A DNA stretch of 64,000 bases, from IMG/VR virus record IMGVR_UViG_3300033146_003479, positions 70,397-134,396 of that record, one strand, 5' to 3'. How positions within the stretch are numbered: the first letter of the stretch is position 1; every line of letters starts with the position of its first letter. This stretch comes from a virus. The position numbers and the translations under genes were made by a program. A model generated the notes under the pieces. That model was not told where the DNA came from and did not search any database. It worked only from the letters and a program-made list of their open reading frames with translations. Below are positions 1 through 8,837 of this stretch, one piece after another.

Positions 1-14
1 GACGACCTAAGGTA

Positions 15-641
15 TTGCATACTAAAAAGAAGGTCATTAATCGACAAGATGATATTTATTTGACTAGTAAAATAATGATTAAAAAATTATTAGATATTGG
101 TATTAACACTAAAACATTAGGACTTATTCCTATGGCGGCTAAACCTCTACATAAAGGACACTGGAGTTTAATTGAAAAGGCGAGTCGTGAGTGTGATAAA
201 GTCATAATTTTCACATCAACAATTAGTCGAGAGTTTATGAGTATTAAATCAGTTAATGCTATGTGGGCAATAATTAAGCCTAATTTACCTGAAAATGTTA
301 GTGTGAGAGTTGTCGCTTCTCCTATTAATTCGGTGAATAGAGAGTTAGCGTACTATGATATTGTTGGTAAAAGTCCTATTCCAGAAATCCATGTATATGG
401 TGGAAATAAAGATGCTAATGTGTGGAGGAATGTTGTTAAACAAAATGTTAAATTAACTAACAATGATAAAATATTTGTGCATTTATTAGATACTAATATT
501 GTTAACATTAGTGGTTCTCAGATGAGAGAATTTGTGCGATTAAATGATAAAGTATCTTTTATTGATGGACTTCCCAAAGGGTTTTCTGATAAATGTAAGA
601 TTGATATATGGAATCTGTTATATAATTTGGAGGAAAAATGA
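15..641 (+). CDS. HxGH (cytidyltransferase-like) nucleotidyltransferase; frame is open from the window edge, so the true start is uncertain
   Basis: KPLHKGH motif followed by CDKVIIF strand, and C-terminal ISGSQMR (ISSS..R-like) motif; no in-frame stop upstream of nt 15. Confidence 0.7.
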   Translation: MHTKKKVINRQDDIYLTSKIMIKKLLDIGINTKTLGLIPMAAKPLHKGHWSLIEKASRECDKVIIFTSTISREFMSIKSVNAMWAIIKPNLPENVSVRVVASPINSVNRELAYYDIVGKSPIPEIHVYGGNKDANVWRNVVKQNVKLTNNDKIFVHLLDTNIVNISGSQMREFVRLNDKVSFIDGLPKGFSDKCKIDIWNLLYNLEEK

Positions 642-2062
642 ATCGTAAAATAATTCGAGTTATAAGTGAATCTGAGAGAGAGTATTTTCAAGAATATTTA
701 GATTTAGCCACAAATATTGATTCGCTGATGAAATTGAGGTTGATTTTAGTTGGAGGGTCTATCAGAGATTTATTAATTCGTGGTGATATTGTTGAACCTG
801 AAATTGATGATTTGGATTTTATGTTGGTTGATACCGATGGACATGGAGTCGTAGATGAAATTGATGTGTTGATGATTGAGTTGGCAAAATTAGATTATTC
901 AATTGTGAATGACGGTAGAGAGTTTCTTCATTTCAAAGTAATACGAAATGGATTTGTGTTTGATATTGGTACTCCTCGAACTGAAATTTACGATGAATAT
1001 AGTCGAAATCCGAAAGTTAAAGTGGGATCACTTCGAGATGATTATTTTAGACGAGATTTCACAGTTAATGCATTTTTTGCTCAAATAGTTAAGGTCGATG
1101 ATCGAGTTGAATTGGAGTTATGTGGAGATGATGAGTTAATATCACGCTCGTATGATGATCTTTTATCGACCACATTGAACACTACTCAATATGAATCTAA
1201 CGTTGTATTTGAAGAGGATCCTTTACGTATTCTACGAGCGATACGATTCATGGGGTATGGTTTTCAGTGTTCGAAGGAAATGAGTGTTGCTATTGATAAT
1301 TTTGATATGAATATATTCTTTAGGAAGGTATCGAAAGAGAGAGTTGCTATTGAATTGAAGAAGATATTAAGACGAGGAGATTTAGATTATTTTTTTGATC
1401 ATCGAATTGTTAATAAGATTATTCCTGAATTTGATAATTTTATAAATCGAGAATATGAGTTTGATGAAATTGAGCATATTAAGAATGTGATTTTGAAAAG
1501 TCGAGAGTTATCTAATGACGATATGTTTTTATTAGTAGCATTATTTCATGATTTAGGTAAAAGTATAACTGGTACTATTCATAAAAGTCAAACTCGTTGG
1601 GCATTTTTAGGACACGAAGATATATCATCAAAATGGGCGTACGATACTCTTAGACGATATCGATTTGATAATCAAACTTGCAATTCAGTGAGAGATATTG
1701 TGAAAATGCATATGTCATTGAAGTGGATTTCAAATTGGAAAAAAGGAACTATAGTGAAATTCATATTAAAACATTCACCAACATTAATACGTAATATTTT
1801 AGTATTTAATCACATGGATTGGGGTGGAAAATCTGAGGAGTGGAAGATTAAATATAATGTGGCACAATCATTGGAAACGATAGATGAGATTGTGAATTAT
1901 TGGATAGACATTGTTGATGAAGTGGTGTTTTTTTATAGCAATGAACTAAGAGAAATTGGAGTTAATGCTAATGCTAATAAAAACATTCCACGAAATGAGT
2001 TACGAAATATTATTATTGGTGAAAAAATGAGATTTATTTTAAATAAGGAGAAATTATTGTGA
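638..2062 (+). CDS. cca: tRNA nucleotidyltransferase (CCA-adding enzyme, class II) with HD domain
   Basis: Motifs GGSIRD..DDLD, RRDFTVNA, EDPLRILRAIRF, SKERV; HD domain LFHDLGK, FLGHE, KMHM; ATGA overlap with upstream gene. Confidence 0.9.
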   Translation: MNRKIIRVISESEREYFQEYLDLATNIDSLMKLRLILVGGSIRDLLIRGDIVEPEIDDLDFMLVDTDGHGVVDEIDVLMIELAKLDYSIVNDGREFLHFKVIRNGFVFDIGTPRTEIYDEYSRNPKVKVGSLRDDYFRRDFTVNAFFAQIVKVDDRVELELCGDDELISRSYDDLLSTTLNTTQYESNVVFEEDPLRILRAIRFMGYGFQCSKEMSVAIDNFDMNIFFRKVSKERVAIELKKILRRGDLDYFFDHRIVNKIIPEFDNFINREYEFDEIEHIKNVILKSRELSNDDMFLLVALFHDLGKSITGTIHKSQTRWAFLGHEDISSKWAYDTLRRYRFDNQTCNSVRDIVKMHMSLKWISNWKKGTIVKFILKHSPTLIRNILVFNHMDWGGKSEEWKIKYNVAQSLETIDEIVNYWIDIVDEVVFFYSNELREIGVNANANKNIPRNELRNIIIGEKMRFILNKEKLL

Positions 2063-2250
2063 AGTTGATATATTGTGTTGGTTGTGGAGAAAAATATAAT
2101 CTATCGAGTAGTTTTTTGATATCAAATACTTTTAATCCCAAACGAGTTGTAGTTTGGTGTGAAAACTGTGGTTTATTAGTGACTGGCAATATGATGATAC
2201 ATCGTGAGATTCAAAGTCCAATTATTAGATTTCCTAAATTGAGTTTTTGA
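2059..2250 (+). CDS. small zinc-ribbon protein
   Basis: CVGC and CENC pairs; GTG start overlaps cca stop. Confidence 0.55.
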   Translation: MKLIYCVGCGEKYNLSSSFLISNTFNPKRVVVWCENCGLLVTGNMMIHREIQSPIIRFPKLSF

Positions 2251-2251
2251 T

Positions 2252-2857
2252 ATGAAAATATATGTTATTTCAGATACTCACTTTTTCCATTATAATATTA
2301 TTAAGTATTGTGGTCGTCCATTTACAGATGAATATGAAATGAACGAGTATATTATCTCTCAATGGAATTCTTTAATTACTAATGATGATGTGGTTTTTCA
2401 TTTGGGAGATTTTTCAACAGGACTCAAATGTCGATATGGAGAATTGCGAGAAGTGTTTTCTAGATTAAATGGACAAATACATTTAATTAGAGGGAATCAT
2501 GATCATCAATCAGATGAAGAATTGTTACAATTAGGATTTAAAAGTGTTCAGGAGTTTAAGATAATCAATGATACAATGTTGGTTCATTATCCATTTTTCT
2601 TACCCAAGGACAAATATAATAGTAAATTTCAACGATTTTACGATACATTTAATATGATATATACGGGAGAGAATTGTAGATATGTGCTATATGGACATTC
2701 TCATGAATATCCATCGATATATGTGAATAAGTATAATGTTGCTGTTGATTTACACGACTTTAAGCCTATATTATTGGATGACATATTTAATAATGTATTT
2801 AAAAATAATCTAATTCAAGAAAATATAATAAAGGAGAAAAAAGATGAGAATATTTGA
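2252..2857 (+). CDS. calcineurin-like metallophosphoesterase
   Basis: SDTHF, HLGDF, GNHD, HYP, GHSH motifs. Confidence 0.9.
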   Translation: MKIYVISDTHFFHYNIIKYCGRPFTDEYEMNEYIISQWNSLITNDDVVFHLGDFSTGLKCRYGELREVFSRLNGQIHLIRGNHDHQSDEELLQLGFKSVQEFKIINDTMLVHYPFFLPKDKYNSKFQRFYDTFNMIYTGENCRYVLYGHSHEYPSIYVNKYNVAVDLHDFKPILLDDIFNNVFKNNLIQENIIKEKKDENI

Positions 2858-3299
2858 GTTTGCTACGGGATTTAAACTAGATTTAGATATGGTAATTGCG
2901 GTTGATCATTCAACTCCGGATGGTTATGGCAATATGTCGTATTTTATTTTACTTAGTAGTGGTAAAAGACTCGAAGTATATGAAACAAAGTGTTATGATT
3001 ATCTTGCATATCCTAGAGATGATTTTATTACTCGATGGGAAGAAGTAAAGTGTCCTAGCGATTCAATTGAACATTTTATGAATTATTGTGGTGATGTTGT
3101 TGATATTAATAAAGAAACTATGGAGTATCGCTTCGAGATAACAGATAGATGTTTATATACAATGTTTCATGATTCTGAGAGAGAGATGTTGTGGTATTTT
3201 AAGTCACTATATGATGTTGAATATATAGTGAGATGCACGAAATATTGTGTTGGACTGGGACAGAATCGTATTGTTGTTTTGAAAATAAAGGAGATATAA
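2844..3299 (+). CDS. hypothetical protein
   Basis: GGAG SD, overlaps upstream stop, operon context. Confidence 0.65.
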   Translation: MRIFEFATGFKLDLDMVIAVDHSTPDGYGNMSYFILLSSGKRLEVYETKCYDYLAYPRDDFITRWEEVKCPSDSIEHFMNYCGDVVDINKETMEYRFEITDRCLYTMFHDSEREMLWYFKSLYDVEYIVRCTKYCVGLGQNRIVVLKIKEI

Positions 3300-3303
3300 T
3301 ATT

Positions 3304-4986
3304 ATGGGTGGAAATTCACGAGCAATAAATAGAGAAACTGGTGAAGTTCAATCAATTAATGGAACTCCCGTATTTGCTCAAAAACTTGATTTGAGAGTAG
3401 TTAATCGAAGAGTAGTTGTTAGTTTATTTACAAACACGTTCATCAATTTGTCTTCCATGTATGCTCAACAAAATCTTGGCAATCAATTGTGGGAACTGAA
3501 GAGAGAACTTTTCTCGACAGGATTAGTATACAATGGTTCATCTGAGCATTTATTCAATGATAGCATATCGGATGAAGAATTTGTGAAGTATAAACCGTTA
3601 CTTGGTGATATTGATATTACCGTCGATGGAACAAAATTATCGAAGGTATTTGATTTATTAATTTTACTAGAAGGTAAAATTATCTATGAGAATGTGGACG
3701 GATTCATTCGATATATCGGTCAAAATAAATCTAAATTCCAAGGTGAGCAAATAAATTCTGTATTTGAGTTGAATGTGAATGATAAGAGTCATTATGTTCA
3801 GGTTGATTTTGAAGGAGTCGTTTATGAAAATGGAGTTCCTGATGAATTTTCGAAATTCGGACATTCATCTGATTGGTATGATATAACTAATGGTATTAAA
3901 GGAGTTGCTCATAAGTTTTTAATCATGAATTTAGTGCGAGGGAACACTTATTTATCTCCATCTCAAGGGATTCTTTTAACTAATGGTTCGATTGAGGATC
4001 CCAATTCCGATAAATTAAGAGTTTCGGCTTCTCAGAAATATCTAAAGACATTTGCGTTTTCGATAACTAAAGGGCTTAGAAAGAAGGTTCGATATATTGG
4101 ATTAAAAGATAGTATTCCTATGTATAAAGAATTATCAACATCCAATTCAATATATCAACGAGATTTGGTTGATATATTTCAAACTATATTTAATGTTTCT
4201 CCAAAAAAAGGAGAAATGAAGAAGTTCAGATCATTCATTGGAGTACTTGAACTTATTCAAAAATATTTTGATGTTAATGATGAACGTATCGCTCGAACTT
4301 TTGATTTCTTATTGGATATAAATTTATTTGGAAATTCTGCTCAACGTTTAGATAGAGATAGTATGAAGGTGGATTTTGAGGTGAAGTATAATATGTTGGA
4401 GAAAATCTTTGAGTTTATGCCTCAGTTGAAAACCTCAGATCGAACTGAGAAGATTAAGCATGCGATTGATTCTTATTATACTGTCCAGAATTATTTTAAA
4501 AGTAAAAATATAAATAAAACTACAGATAAAGCACAAATAGGAGAAAAAATGTCTGATACTATACAAAATGAAAATGCTCTTCGTCGAATCATTCAAGAGG
4601 AGATTCAATTGATATTGAATGAAGATAGCAAATTGAATAAAACTTTATCTAAATTATTGAAGATTGTTAAGGAGACCGTGGGGCAAAAAGATTCTCGTAA
4701 AATAAAACGAGTTTTTATTTCATCCGATGGATCTAAATGGGTTGAAATTGAAATACCAAATACAACATATTCGTTGTCTTTAAATTTAAATAAAGATGAG
4801 ATTTCATATGGCACAACTAAAATTGAAAAACTTTTTAAAATCAAAAGTTCAACTGCATCTAAGGAGTGGTTAGAGCATTCAAATAAACTTTTAAGGTATG
4901 CTGAAGACATTAAAGGTATTATGAAGATTTATGCGAAAATGAAGAAGTCCAAAAAAATTAAAACATTTATAGAAAAAGAACTTTAG
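3304..4986 (+). CDS. Pol-beta-like nucleotidyltransferase (MGGN start, GDID motif) fused in frame to a second protein starting at 4549
   Basis: LGDIDI and QVDFE acidic motifs; internal TATAAATA (4509-4516), GGAG (4540-4543) and ATG (4549). Confidence 0.6.
   Translation: MGGNSRAINRETGEVQSINGTPVFAQKLDLRVVNRRVVVSLFTNTFINLSSMYAQQNLGNQLWELKRELFSTGLVYNGSSEHLFNDSISDEEFVKYKPLLGDIDITVDGTKLSKVFDLLILLEGKIIYENVDGFIRYIGQNKSKFQGEQINSVFELNVNDKSHYVQVDFEGVVYENGVPDEFSKFGHSSDWYDITNGIKGVAHKFLIMNLVRGNTYLSPSQGILLTNGSIEDPNSDKLRVSASQKYLKTFAFSITKGLRKKVRYIGLKDSIPMYKELSTSNSIYQRDLVDIFQTIFNVSPKKGEMKKFRSFIGVLELIQKYFDVNDERIARTFDFLLDINLFGNSAQRLDRDSMKVDFEVKYNMLEKIFEFMPQLKTSDRTEKIKHAIDSYYTVQNYFKSKNINKTTDKAQIGEKMSDTIQNENALRRIIQEEIQLILNEDSKLNKTLSKLLKIVKETVGQKDSRKIKRVFISSDGSKWVEIEIPNTTYSLSLNLNKDEISYGTTKIEKLFKIKSSTASKEWLEHSNKLLRYAEDIKGIMKIYAKMKKSKKIKTFIEKEL
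4509..4551 (+). promoter_or_regulatory. internal late promoter, SD and start codon nested inside the 3304-4986 ORF
   Basis: TATAAATA at 4509, GGAG at 4540, ATG at 4549. Confidence 0.6.
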
Positions 4987-4995
4987 GAGAACAGA

Positions 4996-5535
4996 ATGAA
5001 AGTAACATTGTCTGAGAAAAGTCTAAGGAGATTAATTCGTCAAGAGACGACTAAACTGTTAAAGGAACAAGAGGAAAATGCATTTAATACGATCGATGAT
5101 ATGCAAAGTAAGTTTATAGAGGAGTTTAATAAAATTCTTAAAGAAAAATGGGCAAGAAAGATCAAAATGTTAAAATACGTTGATAATAGTTTTCAATTCA
5201 TTTTAATTGGTGATGGTGATGAACGAGTTAAATTGGAATGGAATCCTAAATGGGATGTAACAATTAAAGGTAAAATTAAAGTGTCTCCAATTAAAGCCCT
5301 TAGAATTGGACTTGAATTTTCCGAAAAAATGTATCGAGTTATTGTAAAAATTATTGAGAATGAGAAGGTTATTTATCCTATATTGGAAGAAATTTCTACA
5401 ATGATGAAGGATGGTGGAATGGGTAAAGAAGAGGTTAAAGATACTTCTGAAAAAAAAGTTGATGACTCTTTAACTGATGAATCTTCAACTGATGAATCTA
5501 ATAATGATAGTGAAAAAGGAGAAAAAGATGCGTAA
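4996..5535 (+). CDS. hypothetical protein, possible head-internal protein (LRRLIRQE..LKE leader, acidic tail)
   Basis: GGAG SD; N-terminal motif shared with several other ORFs. Confidence 0.6.
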   Translation: MKVTLSEKSLRRLIRQETTKLLKEQEENAFNTIDDMQSKFIEEFNKILKEKWARKIKMLKYVDNSFQFILIGDGDERVKLEWNPKWDVTIKGKIKVSPIKALRIGLEFSEKMYRVIVKIIENEKVIYPILEEISTMMKDGGMGKEEVKDTSEKKVDDSLTDESSTDESNNDSEKGEKDA

Positions 5536-5983
5536 AAAGAAAGTGAATACATATTCATTAAATCAAATTTTGGAACAAATGGAGGATTTTGGAGGAAAGC
5601 AATATCACAGACAGTTGATTGAATCAACTGATGCTCCAGAAGAGATTGAAGAGGCAAAAGAAGAAGAACTTGAGACAGAAGATGAAACTGATGATGAAGT
5701 TACAGAAGAGTCTATAAATGAAGGTTCTTTTAATACCAACAATGCTTCTGGGAAAAACACAGAAGAAGTTAATAATGAAAAAACTTCAATAAAAGCAACT
5801 ACCACTAAAGATGATTCAGGTAAAGTTTCAAATGAGGGTGGAGAAAACTCTAAAGATCAATGGAAACTGGCGAATAATAAAGCCAAATATGTTATGAATT
5901 CTATGGGAAAATTCTTCTCTAACGATAGAAGTGGAACTCCTATTCAATTCAATGAAAAATCTGGAAAATTCGAAGCCGAATAG
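5528..5983 (+). CDS. acidic low-complexity protein, possible prohead core/internal protein
   Basis: SD-preceded ATG at 5528; E/D-rich tract with LIE, VTE, INE motifs. Confidence 0.55.
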   Translation: MRKKKVNTYSLNQILEQMEDFGGKQYHRQLIESTDAPEEIEEAKEEELETEDETDDEVTEESINEGSFNTNNASGKNTEEVNNEKTSIKATTTKDDSGKVSNEGGENSKDQWKLANNKAKYVMNSMGKFFSNDRSGTPIQFNEKSGKFEAE

Positions 5984-6011
5984 GCACCAAATACCCATTC
6001 AAAAATAAAAA

Positions 6012-6040
6012 TTGACATTGCATTCAAAATATGATATACT
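6012..6040 (+). promoter_or_regulatory. sigma70-type early promoter
   Basis: TTGACA (6012-6017), 17 bp spacer, extended -10 TG-n-TATACT (6032-6040). Confidence 0.8.
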
Positions 6041-6082
6041 TAATCTACAATGAATGTTTATTAATGTTATTGGAGAACTATT

Positions 6083-6676
6083 ATGATAACAGTGACTGGT
6101 GGAATTTCTGTAGGGAAAAGTTTAATTGTGAATTATATATCAAATGAATATAATTTCAATATTATATCTGTGGATTTGATAGGACATCAAGTATTGTTGT
6201 GTGAAGATATTAAACGAGAAATATCATTTAATATTTCGAGTAAGATATTTGATATTAATGATAATATTGATCGACAAAAACTTGGGAAAATAGTTTTCTC
6301 TAATAAAAAAAAGTTGGAGACATTGAATGCCATTGTGGGTCCATCTATTTTCTCTAAATTAAATGATGCTATTGAAGACTTGGGAGGGAAATCATCGAAT
6401 GTTATTTTGGAGCACCCAAAGATATTAGAATTCGATTATTATCGAGAATTTTCTCCGATAATTCAAGTTTCATCGATAAATCAATTACAGTGGCTAATGG
6501 AGAGAGATGGTATAAATGAGTCGGAAGCATTAATGAAAATAAATAGTCAATCTAAATTGTCAGAATTGATGAATAAGCCTGACTTTATGATTTCAACTGG
6601 TAATTCAATGAGTGATAATTTAGAACAAGTTGATGTTATAATGGATTCTTTAATGTATAAAAAAATTAAAAGTTGA
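6083..6676 (+). CDS. coaE: dephospho-CoA kinase
   Basis: N-terminal P-loop TGGISVGKS, VDLIGH, IDRQKLGKIVF..L..LN.I, ERDG motifs. Confidence 0.85.
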   Translation: MITVTGGISVGKSLIVNYISNEYNFNIISVDLIGHQVLLCEDIKREISFNISSKIFDINDNIDRQKLGKIVFSNKKKLETLNAIVGPSIFSKLNDAIEDLGGKSSNVILEHPKILEFDYYREFSPIIQVSSINQLQWLMERDGINESEALMKINSQSKLSELMNKPDFMISTGNSMSDNLEQVDVIMDSLMYKKIKS

Positions 6677-6720
6677 TATACTATAGTATTACTTTTTAAT
6701 ATTTAACCTTGGAGAAAAAT

Positions 6721-7563
6721 GTGTCAAAAATCAAACTAGCCTTAACGTACGATGATGTTCAAATTATTCCGAAATTTTCAAAAATCAATAGTCGGTCGAA
6801 TTGTAATCTGAGAAGCAGATTCACTAAGAATTATGTAGTAGATGTTCCTATAATTGCATCTCCTATGGATACCGTCACAGGAGACTCTATGATGATTGAA
6901 ATGCATAAATTGGGAGGAGCAGGGATTCTTCATAGATTTTCTGATATTGATGAACAAGTGAGAATAATTGAGTATATTGAGGATCAAGATGTTCGATTAA
7001 TTCCATCGTCGATTGGAGTTAAAGAGTCTTCGATTCAAGGAGCCGAACTATTATTGAAAGCGGGATCTAATGTGTTATTGATCGATGTGGCTCACGGAGA
7101 TCACGCACATGTGGAGCGAACAATTAAGTCACTGAAGGATAAATATTCAGGAAAATATGAGTTTGATATTATTGCTGGTAATATTGCAACTGCTGAATCT
7201 GCTGAAAATCTTATTAGATGGGGAGCAGATGCTTTGCGTGTTGGAATTGGAGGAGGATGTTTTATTCCAGGATCAAAAGTTAGAACTGAAAATGGATTGA
7301 AAAACATCGAAGATATCACGATCGATGATAGAGTGTGGACACATACTGGAGACTTGCAACGTGTTGTTGATACATTGATGTTCGATAGAGATGAAGATAT
7401 TATGAGAATTAATGATATTGAATGTACCAAAAATCATGAATTCTATGTTATAGATGCTGAAGATGTGCCAAATGTAACTGAAAGTAATATTCATAAGTTC
7501 GCTAGATGGATTCCTGCTGAAAAATTATCAACTCAGCATAAGTTGATAGAATTGATAACATAA
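6721..7563 (+). CDS. guaB: IMPDH/GMP reductase N-half fused to split-intein N-fragment
   Basis: LTYDDV, ASPMDTVT, IDVAHG, AGNIAT, RVGIGGG, then CFIPGS intein block A; GTG start 6 nt after GGAG; no CBS domains; IMPDH vs GMPR not resolved. Confidence 0.85.
   Translation: MSKIKLALTYDDVQIIPKFSKINSRSNCNLRSRFTKNYVVDVPIIASPMDTVTGDSMMIEMHKLGGAGILHRFSDIDEQVRIIEYIEDQDVRLIPSSIGVKESSIQGAELLLKAGSNVLLIDVAHGDHAHVERTIKSLKDKYSGKYEFDIIAGNIATAESAENLIRWGADALRVGIGGGCFIPGSKVRTENGLKNIEDITIDDRVWTHTGDLQRVVDTLMFDRDEDIMRINDIECTKNHEFYVIDAEDVPNVTESNIHKFARWIPAEKLSTQHKLIELIT
7258..7560 (+). mobile_element. split intein N-fragment (101 aa), IMPDH-1-like
   Basis: Cys1 CFIPGSKV, block B CTKNHEF, ends at stop 7561-7563. Confidence 0.9.
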
Positions 7564-7651
7564 TAAAATAATATACATAGTGTGTTAATTGGCGGAGGAA
7601 TACTGTGTATTGTTTTATTTGCGAAAAGGAAATTAATTAAGGAGAAAAAAG

Positions 7652-8278
7652 ATGAAATTTAAAATTAAAAATATTGATAATATAGAAGTTGTTCAATATT
7701 CAGGTAAAGTTTATGATTTGACTGTAGAAAAAGATCATTCGTATAATATTAATGGAGTTATTGTTCATAATTCCGTCTGCTCAACTCGCATAATCACAGG
7801 AGTTGGAGTTCCAATGATAACTAGTATATTGGATTGCGTAGAAGTTGCAGATGAGTATGATATCCCAGTCATTGCGGATGGAGGAATTAAGACTCCTGGA
7901 GATGTAGCGAAAGCGTTGGGAGCAGGAGCATCAACTGTTATGCTAGGTAGTTTATTAGCAGGTACTCTTGAGAGTCCTGGAGTTATTAGTCGAGATGGAG
8001 TTTGGCCGAATGAGCAACTTTATAAGAAGTTCAGGGGCTCAGCATCACTCGCTAGTAAAATGGATCGTCAAGAAGGAGAAAAAAATGTAGAAGGAGTGAG
8101 TACTATTATTCCATATAAAGGAAAAGTTAAGCGAATAGTTAATGATATTTGTGATGGAGTAAGATCATCTATGTCGTATGTTGGAGTTAATAATATGAAT
8201 GATTTCAGTTCAAATGTGGAATTCGTTCAAGTAACGTCCTCAGGCATTAAAGAAGCATCTCCTCACGCAAAAAAATAA
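7652..8278 (+). CDS. guaB: split-intein C-fragment (40 aa, 7652-7771) fused to IMPDH/GMPR C-half
   Basis: Own GGAG SD; VYDLTV block F and VHN terminus; Ser+1 of SVCSTR carrying the catalytic Cys; [14 protein letters not shown]. Confidence 0.9.
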   Translation: MKFKIKNIDNIEVVQYSGKVYDLTVEKDHSYNINGVIVHNSVCSTRIITGVGVPMITSILDCVEVADEYDIPVIADGGIKTPGDVAKALGAGASTVMLGSLLAGTLESPGVISRDGVWPNEQLYKKFRGSASLASKMDRQEGEKNVEGVSTIIPYKGKVKRIVNDICDGVRSSMSYVGVNNMNDFSSNVEFVQVTSSGIKEASPHAKK

Positions 8279-8348
8279 AAGAACGGTATTAAATTTCCGT
8301 CAATAATTACAATATATGATATATTATATAGACTAAGTTTATTAATTA

Positions 8349-8825
8349 TTGACGGTAAAAATTATGAATCTAATGTTGTTGATGATATGGAGACATCGTA
8401 AGAAGAAAAGAGAGCAGAATCGACAGTTTTTGGATGAAATCGCTAGATTATCTGAGGATATCTCCAGTTCGAGTTCGAGTTGGTCAAATTATATCGAAGT
8501 TGATTATGACAATATGATGGAAAATTTGAATAAATATGTAGATATATATCGTCGCAATAAAGCATCTCTTGATGATGATTATGCTGAATTGAAACGTGAG
8601 AATGAAGAGTTGAAATTGAGAAATTCTCAGTTGTCTGATATCATCAATACTCATTTGAATATTGAAGATGAGACTGTGTCTTCAAGAATATTCACTCAAC
8701 GATATGAAGATATATCAGGCAGTGATAGATTACTAAGTGATGCTACTATTCAAAGATTACATCAACAATATTGTCAAAAAATGGATGCAGGATTATATTA
8801 TGCTCCATATATACCCTCATTTTAA
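8349..8825 (+). CDS. coiled-coil hypothetical protein ending in a gp23-like MDAGLYYAPY motif; start uncertain
   Basis: ORF downstream of TGATATATT element; terminal motif recognised by eye. Confidence 0.6.
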   Translation: MTVKIMNLMLLMIWRHRKKKREQNRQFLDEIARLSEDISSSSSSWSNYIEVDYDNMMENLNKYVDIYRRNKASLDDDYAELKRENEELKLRNSQLSDIINTHLNIEDETVSSRIFTQRYEDISGSDRLLSDATIQRLHQQYCQKMDAGLYYAPYIPSF

Positions 8826-8837
8826 TGGAGAAAAAAA

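Noticed and set aside
5996-6056. CATTCAAAA direct repeats (5996, 6021) and TGAATG (6051) around the coaE promoter as an operator
   Set aside because: Short, AT-rich and seen at one locus only; insufficient support
7561-7651. guaB break as frameshift, pseudogene or group I intron
   Set aside because: Both sides carry complete complementary intein motifs, the second ORF has its own SD and Met, and 88 bp is too short for a self-splicing intron
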